NCBI GenBank assembly: GCA_965217895.1
Contig: CBDCJV010000002.1
Span: 3,968,001-4,032,000, forward strand
Length of the DNA stretch: 64,000 nt
From: Waterburya sp.
GTDB taxonomy: Bacteria > Cyanobacteriota > Cyanobacteriia > Cyanobacteriales > Xenococcaceae
Direction of reading: 5' to 3'
Shown: positions 10,061 through 19,260 of the stretch, one piece after another
Layout: every line of letters begins with the position of its first letter
How positions within the stretch are numbered: position 1 is the stretch's first letter
Notes under the pieces: model-generated
Database searches by the model: none
What the model was told of the DNA's origin: nothing
What the model saw: the letters and a program-made list of their open reading frames with translations, nothing else
Translations under genes and position numbers: made by a program

Positions 10061-10669
10061 ATGACAAAACCCCTGATTGTAGGCGTAAGCGGTGCTTCGG
10101 GACTAATTTATGCTGTACGCGCTTTGAAGTATTTACTGGCTGCTGACTATTCAATTGAGCTAGTTGCTTCTCGTGCCACTTATATGGTTTGGCAAGCAGA
10201 AGAAAACATTCGGATGCCGGCAGAGCCAGAAAAACAAGAATTATTTTGGCGAGAAAAAGCTGGAGTTATGAAAGGAGGAACTCTTAACTGCCATCGCTGG
10301 GGTGATGTGGGAGATAATATCGCTAGTGGTTCTTTTCGGACTTTAGGTATGATTATTATTCCCTGTAGCATGAGTACCGTAGCTAAAATTGCCGCTGGTT
10401 TAAGCTCCGATTTATTAGAGAGAGCCTCAGATGTACAGATTAAAGAGAGCAAACCTTTGGTAGTTGTTCCCAGAGAAACCCCATTTAGTCTCATTCACCT
10501 GCGTAATCTAACTACTTTAGCTGAGGCTGGGGTTAAAATTGTTCCTGCTATTCCTGCCTGGTATCATCATCCTCAAACTATTGAAGATTTAGTTGATTTT
10601 GTAGTAGCTCGTGCTTTAGATACTCTCGATATTGATTGTATTCCGATTAAGCGTTGGAAAAGCAGTTAG
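10061..10669 (+). CDS. ubiX: Flavin prenyltransferase UbiX
   Basis: GVSGASG, IASGS, PCSMST, PRETP. Confidence 0.95.
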   Translation: MTKPLIVGVSGASGLIYAVRALKYLLAADYSIELVASRATYMVWQAEENIRMPAEPEKQELFWREKAGVMKGGTLNCHRWGDVGDNIASGSFRTLGMIIIPCSMSTVAKIAAGLSSDLLERASDVQIKESKPLVVVPRETPFSLIHLRNLTTLAEAGVKIVPAIPAWYHHPQTIEDLVDFVVARALDTLDIDCIPIKRWKSS

Positions 10670-10679
10670 CAATTACTGA

Positions 10680-12803
10680 TTATCTTGATGCTGTTTGAGA
10701 TAATGGAAAAACATATTGTCTGGCTGCATGAACTAAAGGCAATAAAGCCCCAGCTTGTTCTGTACCGTTAACTCCCAAGTCACTGTGACAAAGAAATATC
10801 TTTTCTGCTCTTGCCATAACATCTCGTAGGATACGCTCCAAACGCGCCTTATCCATTTCATATTCATCTTCAGGCATCCAGACTTTTCCTGACCACTGTT
10901 TGAGAAATAAAGGAGCAGCAAATAGAGTGGCAGCACCGCCCTGTGACCATAATGGCGAACTAGCATCCAGCCAAAACTGCCAGGGATGATGCGATCGCAT
11001 TGAACGATACTGGAATATAGTAGCCAGGGTAACTGCCTCTGCTTGAGGAGAAAATTGACTCACTGGGCGAGCATTAGCAGTAATTGTGCCACGGCGTAAC
11101 AGGTTGATAAATTGGGCTATGGTAGCAGCCTGGGTTTGAAAACTAGGTTCATTTTGTCGCAGGCGACGATCTACTTCCCAAAAGTGTTGGGCGGTTTCCA
11201 TTAATTCTCGCAGTATTGCCAGCCTGTCACTAGTTAAATGTGCGCCATTGTTTAAAAAGTGCTTAATAGCCTCAGACAACAAAATAGTCGGCGTAAAAAA
11301 ACTTTGCTGCTGCTGTCGAACTTTGGTGCTTTCAATCCAGCTAACAATTTCTTGATAGGCTGTGGTGGCTTGATGTCCCAAGCGATCCCAACGAGGAAAA
11401 GTTTCTACAGCAGACAAATAAGGATGTTCTGGATCGACATGATAACAGTAGTCGGCGATTAAGCCCGCCCGCACTGGATCGATGTGAGAAGTTAACTGAC
11501 CATTTTGAAATTTTTGACTAAATACCGTTAACATTTCGGCAATGGAGTCACGGTCAACCAAGCGACCTAGATCGGCGTAAATTAAACCTAATAAGGTAAG
11601 CAAACTTCTGACTAAAGGTGAGCTAATGATAGGGCGTTGTTCATTGAGAGGTATTACAGGAATACCTTTAGCAGCCAGAATTTCGATTAGAGTATAGCGG
11701 GCAATTTCATCTAAACCAGGGGCAATAATGGCAATATCTGAAGGTTTAAGCCCCTGCTGTTGAACAGCTTGAATTATCATCTCGGCGGTTTGACGCAATA
11801 ATTCCGCACGGGAAATGGTTTGTATAGACTGTATCGCTTCAGGGGCATCAACGAGATAAGCTGCTTCTGTTACCAAATTTACTGCGGTATCGGTAAATTC
11901 TAGGGCTAGATTACTAGCAGAAGGAGATAATTTTTCCTGCTGACAGCGAGCAGCTAAACCTGCTAGGTAATCTGGATCGGCGTTTAAGCCCAAGCGAATT
12001 TTACCATCGGGATTATAGGTAAAAACGGAATATGCACCTTGATCGAGCATAAACTCAAATAGATCGCGAGCGATCGCGGGATAATCATCTAGATCATCGG
12101 CAAAAACTGCCTGATAACGGTTTGTCAGATGTTGCTGATATTGAGGATTGGGTAACAAGTAACGCCAGTAAAGCTCGTAAATCAAACCATAGGTCAACAA
12201 GCCGCGTTCCAAGCACCAATTTCGCCAGAGTAACAGTAATTCTCCCATTCTTTGCCAGAGATGGCTTTGATCTTGCTCAACTAAATCCAATCCTGCTAGA
12301 CCTTGAGATAACATGGTGGAGATATCTTCGGTTGGCACACCGCTAGTCCCTGCTAGCTGCATTAGATCTAAAGTTTGTCTTACCAGACGGTATTCGTTGT
12401 CAAATTTACACAGAGCCTCCCAATCTGGTTGCGATCGCCATAGCTGAGTTGCTAACTCTTGTTCGGTTTCAGGGCGCAGTCGCAACGGAAATTGTGCCTT
12501 AAGGTGCAACTCTTCAAAAATTAAGGGAAAGAATAACATCACCTCATCGGTAATGAAGCCGACAGAAGTTTTACAAACTACGGGATAAGTTCCATCTACA
12601 GCGAGGACAAGGCGATCGCTTAATTGGCGACGGCTTTGATTATTGGCAGTAAAGACTAAAATAGCAGAAGCTAAATTTTGAGGCAGAGCCTTAATTTTAG
12701 GTTTTAGTAACTGTTTTCTTACCCAGCCCGAAAATTCCGTTACCAAACGAGAGGTTTTGCCCGTACGAGTTGTTCCTGTAATCCAAAGAGATGAAGTTAG
12801 CAC
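10680..12803 (-). CDS. Conserved cyanobacterial protein with degenerate SF1/UvrD-like P-loop fold
   Basis: GTTRTGKT (Walker A-like), FADDLDD (Walker B-like), PSDIAII, VTLATI. Confidence 0.65.
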   Translation of the reverse strand: MLTSSLWITGTTRTGKTSRLVTEFSGWVRKQLLKPKIKALPQNLASAILVFTANNQSRRQLSDRLVLAVDGTYPVVCKTSVGFITDEVMLFFPLIFEELHLKAQFPLRLRPETEQELATQLWRSQPDWEALCKFDNEYRLVRQTLDLMQLAGTSGVPTEDISTMLSQGLAGLDLVEQDQSHLWQRMGELLLLWRNWCLERGLLTYGLIYELYWRYLLPNPQYQQHLTNRYQAVFADDLDDYPAIARDLFEFMLDQGAYSVFTYNPDGKIRLGLNADPDYLAGLAARCQQEKLSPSASNLALEFTDTAVNLVTEAAYLVDAPEAIQSIQTISRAELLRQTAEMIIQAVQQQGLKPSDIAIIAPGLDEIARYTLIEILAAKGIPVIPLNEQRPIISSPLVRSLLTLLGLIYADLGRLVDRDSIAEMLTVFSQKFQNGQLTSHIDPVRAGLIADYCYHVDPEHPYLSAVETFPRWDRLGHQATTAYQEIVSWIESTKVRQQQQSFFTPTILLSEAIKHFLNNGAHLTSDRLAILRELMETAQHFWEVDRRLRQNEPSFQTQAATIAQFINLLRRGTITANARPVSQFSPQAEAVTLATIFQYRSMRSHHPWQFWLDASSPLWSQGGAATLFAAPLFLKQWSGKVWMPEDEYEMDKARLERILRDVMARAEKIFLCHSDLGVNGTEQAGALLPLVHAARQYVFPLSQTASR

Positions 12804-12930
12804 AATCTGTTATTTTCTCAATCTATTAGTATATATACGCCCAATACTTGAGTATCATAGAGGTTATAATTCTGCTCTCTATAATCAAGCAAAAAGTTAA
12901 CCTGATTACTGATGGTGTTGTTTTAAATTA

Positions 12931-14286
12931 ATGAAACTTCAAGATATTTTTAATGCCAGTAGACGTTGGTTATCTAGCACTCCTGAAAGAGCTTTAGATG
13001 CAGCTTATCGAGCAGCAATTAAAATTAAGGCGATCGAAGATGATCATTTCGATGGGCAAATGGTATCTGCTAGCTCAGTAGAATACTCAGACAGCGTAAT
13101 CAAAGTATTTCGCAGTGACGTTAATAATTATCTCAGCACTATTAAAGCCAGGCTAGCGGAATTTAGGATCAGCAGAGGTCTACTGATTTTTTCTGATACC
13201 CAGCCTAATAATTCTAGTCAAAGTATCGTTCGCTATACTAACGGTTTTAATGATGCCCGTGGCGAACTTACAGTAGTAGAAAAGTTGGCATATATTGACG
13301 CTATTACCTACAAATATAAGAATCCTACGGTTGAAGATATTGAAGTTATCCCTACCCGTCGTTTAGAGAAAAATCAAAAGAATAACCGATTAATTATTAA
13401 CAATAATAAGCGATCGCTAACTTTAAATCAATCTGTTTCCGAGAAAAACGGCAAAGATCCTAATACTGAAACTATTACTGATAAAACCAGTGTGCTACCT
13501 CGTTCTTTTATGCGGACTCTTGGTCGCATCAGGCAGGAAATCGATCCGCAAGCAGAAAATACCGAAGAAGAAGTAGTTAAAAGATTTCGTAAAAGCCGTA
13601 ACAAAACTGCAATTTCAATTCGTTTTTTATTAATTCTAATTATCATTCCTTTATTAACCCATCAAGTATCAAAAAGCCTGATTATTACTCCTTTGGTTCG
13701 GCAATATTTTGTCGATCATCAACAACAAGTTTTATTTATCAATCAAGATCTTGAAGAAGAAGCTTTTTTGGAGCTACATAATTACGAAGAAGAGCTTCAT
13801 TTCAAAAGCATGATTGGTTTGATACCTGCTCTTTCTTTAGAAGAACAAGAAAAGAAAATCATCGAAAAAGCTGAAGAATTATCATTAGCATTTAAAGGTC
13901 GAGGAATTAATGCGATCGGTAATGTTTTTGCTGATTTATTTTCTTTAATAGCTTTTGCAGCAATTATTTATTTCTGTAAACGAGAAATTCAAATTATCAA
14001 ATCTTTTCTTGATGAAATAGCCTACGGTTTGAGCGATAGTGCCAAAGCTTTTCTAATTATTTTATTAACTGATATGTTTGTAGGTTATCATTCTCCTCAC
14101 GGTTGGGAGATCATTTTAGAAGGCATTGCTCGTCATTTGGGACTACCAGAAAATAGAGAGTTTAACTTCCTGTTTATTGCTACTTTTCCTGTAATTTTAG
14201 ACACGGTTTTAAAATACTGGATTTTCCGCTATCTTAATCGAATTTCTCCTTCTTCCGTGGCAACTTATAAAAATATGAATGAATAA
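12931..14286 (+). CDS. pxcA: Proton extrusion protein PxcA (CemA/CotA)
   Basis: LSDSAKAFLIILLTDMFVGYHSPHGWE, ATFPVILDT, RYLNRISPS. Confidence 0.95.
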   Translation: MKLQDIFNASRRWLSSTPERALDAAYRAAIKIKAIEDDHFDGQMVSASSVEYSDSVIKVFRSDVNNYLSTIKARLAEFRISRGLLIFSDTQPNNSSQSIVRYTNGFNDARGELTVVEKLAYIDAITYKYKNPTVEDIEVIPTRRLEKNQKNNRLIINNNKRSLTLNQSVSEKNGKDPNTETITDKTSVLPRSFMRTLGRIRQEIDPQAENTEEEVVKRFRKSRNKTAISIRFLLILIIIPLLTHQVSKSLIITPLVRQYFVDHQQQVLFINQDLEEEAFLELHNYEEELHFKSMIGLIPALSLEEQEKKIIEKAEELSLAFKGRGINAIGNVFADLFSLIAFAAIIYFCKREIQIIKSFLDEIAYGLSDSAKAFLIILLTDMFVGYHSPHGWEIILEGIARHLGLPENREFNFLFIATFPVILDTVLKYWIFRYLNRISPSSVATYKNMNE

Positions 14287-14351
14287 ATATAGTACTCCTA
14301 AAAATTCATATCCAAAACGTACTAATTTTTGTGGTAATTTTGTGTAGAGCA

Positions 14352-14498
14352 TTATTTGTTTTTAGAATGGAGACTAGCAAGATAATTACCATAGAATTTA
14401 CTAAATTGCCAAAAACTTTGCAAAAAAACAATTATTTTGTTCTCCTTAATTTCTATTCTTTTGTCAGCTAAATCTGGGTTTTCTTTAGATAATTTCAT
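14352..14498 (-). CDS. Putative 48-aa protein divergent from the MocR regulator
   Basis: Hand-translated MKLSKENPDLADKRIEIKENKIIVFLQSFWQFSKFYGNYLASLHSKNK; AGGA just upstream of ATG. Confidence 0.35.
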   Translation of the reverse strand: MKLSKENPDLADKRIEIKENKIIVFLQSFWQFSKFYGNYLASLHSKNK

Positions 14499-14672
14499 TG
14501 TTTATTCCTGCTGAATGTAAATTTAATTTATCTATTTTGGGTAATGATAGTAATGCTCCTCAATCCAGATTGTTATCTCTTGTTTGGAACTAAAAAAACT
14601 AATAGTTTTAAACCTACTGTTACTATCGCCAATTAAATTAAAAATAAGAAGGTACAAAAAACAAAAATATTG

Positions 14673-14732
14673 CTAGTACAGTTACTTTTTGTTAAAAACT
14701 GTTCTAGTAAAAATTAATCAAAAGCGTACCAG
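14673..14732. promoter_or_regulatory. Candidate MocR operator (inverted pair plus direct repeat)
   Basis: CTAGTACAGTT 14673-14683 / AACTGTTCTAG 14697-14707 / AAGCGTACCAG 14722-14732. Confidence 0.5.
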
Positions 14733-14787
14733 CAAAACTAGCAAGAGATCGCGTAAGATAACGAAAGGCGAATAGAGTAACTCGAAA

Positions 14788-16230
14788 GTGAAAATTCCTA
14801 TCGACCGTCAAGCAGTAAAGCCAGTCTACTTACAAATTCGCGATCGCCTTAGTCGTTTAATTAGATCGGGAACTTTTAAAACAGGCGATCGCTTGCCATC
14901 AATTCGCTCTTTGGCTAAAAATGCTCAGGTTAATAAATTAACTGTAATTGAGGCTTATAGTGTTTTAGAAGCAGACGGATTGATTCATGCTCGTCCAGGT
15001 TCAGGTTACTTTGTAAACTCAGAATCTCTAATTTCTGTTCAACCAAAATCTAATTTTGCCCCAGTTCAAGAAGTAATTATTCCGCAACAAAAAAGCATTT
15101 CTTTCTTTGATATTTATCAACTTTCCGTACAGGCAAATAATAAACCTGGAGTAATCGATTTTAGTAGTGGGTTTCCTATTTCTTCTGGTTTAAAAGATTT
15201 ACAGCGTCATGCTAGACGAGCCATGAAACAGGTAACAGAAACTTTATATAATTATGACTTTCCCCAAGGACAGCTTATTTTAAGACAGCAAATTGCCAAA
15301 ATGCTGATTCAATTGGGCTTAGAAGTTTCTGCCGATGATTTAATTATTACCAATGGCTCAAAACAAGGATTATCTTTAGTGATGAATCATTATCTTCAGG
15401 CTGGAGATTGGATAGTAACTGAAAGTCCTACTTATTACGGCACTTTGGATATTATTGAAAATATTGGCGCGAGGACTATTGGTATTCCTATGCAGGGTTC
15501 GGGAATGAACTTAGAGCTTTTAGAACAATATTTGCAGAGTCATCGCCCTAAACTAATTTACACTGTCTCGACTTTTCAAAATCCTACGGGTATTACAACT
15601 ACTCTCCAGCATCGCCAGCAATTATTGACTTTAGCCGAAAAATATGAGTGTTTGATTTTAGAAGATAATTCTTACGAAGGTTTAAACTTTGAGCCTGTAC
15701 CTCCACCAATCAAAGCTATAGATAACAGTGATTCGGTTATTTATACTGGCACGTTTTCTAAAACTTTGATGCCAGGTTTAAGAGTTGGCTATCTCTTAGC
15801 TACTGGAAAACATTATCGTCCCTTGTTAGAACAAAAGCTGTTTCACGATCTTCACGTTTCTACAGTTTCTCAGGCAATTGTCAGCGAGTATCTTGCTTCT
15901 GGGCATTATCGCCGTCATCTCAACCATCTCCAAGCTAGCAACTTGTGTAGTCGCAATGCCATGCTACAGGCGTTAGAACGTTATTTTCCTCAAGAAGCCA
16001 CCTGGACTATACCCAATGGCGGCTTATTTCTTTGGGTGCAGTTACCAGATGAAGTTTCACTAGTGACAATTGCTCGTCAAGCTTGGCAAGAAAATGTGTT
16101 TGTATGTCCTGGTATGCCGTTTTTTCCAGGACAAAAAGGTTATAACGCTCTGCGCCTCAACTTTTCCCATACCCCAGAAACAATTGAGCGGGGTATTGCG
16201 ATTTTAGGCAAGGTGCTAAAAAAATATTGA
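14788..16230 (+). CDS. GntR/MocR-family regulator with PLP-dependent aminotransferase domain
   Basis: GDRLPSIRSLA wHTH; FQNPTG, TFSKTLMPGLRVGY. Confidence 0.93.
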   Translation: MKIPIDRQAVKPVYLQIRDRLSRLIRSGTFKTGDRLPSIRSLAKNAQVNKLTVIEAYSVLEADGLIHARPGSGYFVNSESLISVQPKSNFAPVQEVIIPQQKSISFFDIYQLSVQANNKPGVIDFSSGFPISSGLKDLQRHARRAMKQVTETLYNYDFPQGQLILRQQIAKMLIQLGLEVSADDLIITNGSKQGLSLVMNHYLQAGDWIVTESPTYYGTLDIIENIGARTIGIPMQGSGMNLELLEQYLQSHRPKLIYTVSTFQNPTGITTTLQHRQQLLTLAEKYECLILEDNSYEGLNFEPVPPPIKAIDNSDSVIYTGTFSKTLMPGLRVGYLLATGKHYRPLLEQKLFHDLHVSTVSQAIVSEYLASGHYRRHLNHLQASNLCSRNAMLQALERYFPQEATWTIPNGGLFLWVQLPDEVSLVTIARQAWQENVFVCPGMPFFPGQKGYNALRLNFSHTPETIERGIAILGKVLKKY

Positions 16231-16253
16231 GCGCAATTTTTAAGAGATTTATA

Positions 16254-16357
16254 TATAGCAATACGAGGCTGTGTTAGGACACTCCCTGTGGAAAGTACTT
16301 CTTAGCTACCTACGAGCAATTAAATTTTCTGTCCTAACCGATTAACGTACTGCAATA
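16254..16357. mobile_element. MITE-like element of about 104 bp
   Basis: Imperfect terminal inverted repeats TATAGCAATACG-N7-GTTAGGACA ... TGTCCTAAC-N7-CGTACTGCAATA. Confidence 0.6.
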
Positions 16358-16658
16358 TATCTATATGTCACTATTGTCATAAGATTGTCACACATATGAA
16401 AAAAGTATTTGATAATAGTATAAAAATAGAAGAAATACCGATGCTAATTTAGCGGACGAGCAACTCGTTCAAAAAAAGCATGAAACCTTGAATGCTAATG
16501 TTTTTAAAGGCTTATTCTGAACCAATAAAAAGATTATCAAGCTAACCAATAAATATGCTTTTTCATGGTAGATTTCACGTAGTTGTTGTGATAAATAATA
16601 ACTGTTAACACTAGTGAAAACACTGCATAGTCTTAAACATAAATTAAGGAGATAGAAA

Positions 16659-17753
16659 ATGCGAATAGTAATGCTAGGTTGTGGTGGCTTTATTGGTAGT
16701 CATCTTTTAGACAGATTGCTTGATGAAGGTGGTTTTGAAATTCATGGCTGGGATCCTAGCGATCGCAAAATTGCCAGACATTTGACAAATCCTAACTTTC
16801 ATCTACATTGCAACACAACTCATTCCCCAGGAGAGTTAGCAGAAATTGAGAGTGAAATTTCCCAAGCAGATGTTGTCTTTAACTTAGCGGCTATCTGCAA
16901 CCCAGCCGAGTATAATACTCGCCCATTAGACACAATTTATGCCAATTTATTTGATATCTATCCGATTGTAGAATTGTGCGCCAAGTACAAGAAATGGTTG
17001 ATTAGCTTTTCTACTAGTGAAGTCTACGGACGCACTTTATCTAGCTACTTACCTGGAGATAATTACAGCAACCCCGATTTTTACGAACTCCGTGAAGACG
17101 AAACACCATTGATCATGGGGCCAATTTCCAATCAGCGTTGGACTTATGCCTGTGCCAAACAAATGACCGAGCGTTTGATCTACGCCCATAATCAAGAAAG
17201 CGGTATGCCTTTTACCATCATCAGACCGCTTAACTTCTTTGGACCCAAGATGGATTACATTCCTGGTCGAGATGGTAGTGCCGATGGTGTACCTAGAGTT
17301 TTGGCTTGCTTTATGACTGCCTTGCTAGACAACAAACCAATGCAACTGGTAGATGGTGGAATCGCACAGCGGACAATCGTATCTATTCATGATGCCGTCA
17401 ATGCTATGCGCCTAATGCTTAAATTTCCAGACAAAGCTCAAAATCAAATCTTTAATATTGGCAACCGCGATAATGAAGTAAATATTGCCGAACTTGCCGA
17501 GTTGATGCGTCTTACCTACGCAAAGATTACGGGTGATTCAAGTTATAAAAATCATCCTATTGTTAATATTACCGCGAAGAAATTTTACGGTGAAGGCTAT
17601 GAAGATTGCGATCGCCGTATGCCCGATTTAAGTAAAGCACAAACATTACTGGGTTGGACTCCAAAAAGACCTCTAGAAGAAGTTTTGCTCGAAACAATGA
17701 GCTATTATCACCAAGAATACGCATCTCCAGCACTAACTTCTGTTAGTGCTTAA
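16659..17753 (+). CDS. UDP-apiose/UDP-xylose synthase homolog (extended SDR)
   Basis: GCGGFIG; NLAAICNPAEYNTRPLDTIY; QRWTYACAKQ; MDYIPGRDG...GVPRVLACF; FYGEGYED, blocks characteristic of plant AXS/UAS. Confidence 0.85.
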   Translation: MRIVMLGCGGFIGSHLLDRLLDEGGFEIHGWDPSDRKIARHLTNPNFHLHCNTTHSPGELAEIESEISQADVVFNLAAICNPAEYNTRPLDTIYANLFDIYPIVELCAKYKKWLISFSTSEVYGRTLSSYLPGDNYSNPDFYELREDETPLIMGPISNQRWTYACAKQMTERLIYAHNQESGMPFTIIRPLNFFGPKMDYIPGRDGSADGVPRVLACFMTALLDNKPMQLVDGGIAQRTIVSIHDAVNAMRLMLKFPDKAQNQIFNIGNRDNEVNIAELAELMRLTYAKITGDSSYKNHPIVNITAKKFYGEGYEDCDRRMPDLSKAQTLLGWTPKRPLEEVLLETMSYYHQEYASPALTSVSA

Positions 17754-17993
17754 AAAATTAGACTTATGCATGAATAAGAAATTTTAAAATTATAGAGATT
17801 ATTATTAACAACAGTTAGGATAGCTAGAAAGTGTAATAGCAGTAAGTTTGTAGGTCAGTTATTAGCATCTGAAAACAAGTGTGCATAACGTCCGCTAGAA
17901 ACTCTATTTCTACAGTCCTAATTGTCTTAACTGTCTTAACTCTAGATATAAACTACAGATGTAATTATTCATCCTTTCAGTAATACTTGGAAA

Positions 17994-19079
17994 TTGCTAA
18001 ATGAGAGCAAAGTAAAATTGAAATATCACGTCCCACTGAGAAAATTCGATGATTTGGAACGGCAAAAGACCCAAAGCTTAGAAGCGCGATCGCAAAAATG
18101 CTCTCGTAACGATATCTGGATGCTTGGTGAAAGATTAAATGCCACTTTTTATGAACCAAAATTAGGTTCAGTTTCGTTTGGGGATCAGCTTCGAGGCAAA
18201 ATTACGGGCATACCACATTATTGGGAATATGCCCGCAAAGTAACTTCTGGACTCGGAGAAGATGATTTTATTTTTTGTGAAGGAGAAGGATTAGGAATTC
18301 CATTCGCTGCTATTGCTGCCAGTAAGAAAAATCGACCCAAAATCGCAGTCCGCTTTCACAATATTAATCGACCTCGCGGGAAATTATCCTTAAGTTTATA
18401 TCGCCTCGGCGACAAAATCGATTTATATATTGCTCATTCCCGCGCTCAACTCGATTTTTTGCGCGATTATTTACATTTACCCGAATCTAAAATTGGTTAT
18501 TTTTGGTATACAACCGATTGCCAGTTTTTTAAGCCAGGACAGCCATCTGCCAACAAAACCCGCCCCCTTATTGTCAGCGTTGGTTTAGAAAGACGAGATT
18601 ACCATCTACTAGCTGCGGCGACTGAAGATTTAGATGCTGATGTTAAGATTGCGGGTTTTTCACAATTTGCATCGGGACTGGCACGGAATTTTCCCAAAAC
18701 TATTCCTGCTAATATGTCTAATAGCTTTTATGCACTACCTGAATTGCTTCAACTTTATCACGATGCGGATCTAATCGTTGTCTGTGTCAAGCCTAGCAAT
18801 TGGTCTGCTGGCGCGACCAGCTTAGTCGAAGCAATGGCTTGTCGTAAACCAGTTGTCGTTACACGAACTGAAGGATTGAAAGAGTATTTAATGGATGCAG
18901 AGGCGATGCTCACGGTCGAACCAGGAGATGCTAAAGGTTTGCAGCAGGCGATCGTTCATTTGTTAAATAATCCCCAAGAAGCAGAGGCAAGGGCAGAAAA
19001 AGCTTACCAGCTTGCAATCAAGCGTCATCAAGTAGAACAGCAAATCGAAACTATCGCTACATTGATGGAGAACAATTGA
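17994..19079 (+). CDS. GT4-family glycosyltransferase
   Basis: SVGLERRDY, GATSLVEAMACRKPVV, VEPGDAKGL (GT-B C-terminal domain); TTG start. Confidence 0.88.
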   Translation: MLNESKVKLKYHVPLRKFDDLERQKTQSLEARSQKCSRNDIWMLGERLNATFYEPKLGSVSFGDQLRGKITGIPHYWEYARKVTSGLGEDDFIFCEGEGLGIPFAAIAASKKNRPKIAVRFHNINRPRGKLSLSLYRLGDKIDLYIAHSRAQLDFLRDYLHLPESKIGYFWYTTDCQFFKPGQPSANKTRPLIVSVGLERRDYHLLAAATEDLDADVKIAGFSQFASGLARNFPKTIPANMSNSFYALPELLQLYHDADLIVVCVKPSNWSAGATSLVEAMACRKPVVVTRTEGLKEYLMDAEAMLTVEPGDAKGLQQAIVHLLNNPQEAEARAEKAYQLAIKRHQVEQQIETIATLMENN

Positions 19080-19260
19080 GTAGTCATGGGACAATCACCC
19101 AATACCGATTGTTAGCTGCATTTCCTTTAACTCAATGACGATAAGCAGCATTCAGATTAAATCAAATCGAAGATTATCGAGCTTGCCAAAAAGATCGTGT
19201 TATTGATGCCAAGCAGTTGTATTTTCAGTAACTACTTTCTTATAGTAGCTAAAAGCTCTA

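Noticed and set aside
16659..17753. Annotation as ArnA decarboxylase domain
   Set aside because: Shares STSEVYG, but the diagnostic blocks (YNTRPLDTIY, YACAK, GVPRVLACF) match AXS/UAS, and there is no formyltransferase domain or arn operon
19080..19260. Minus-strand IVIELKE motif suggesting a PD-(D/E)xK nuclease remnant
   Set aside because: Single short motif bounded by stops; not enough support
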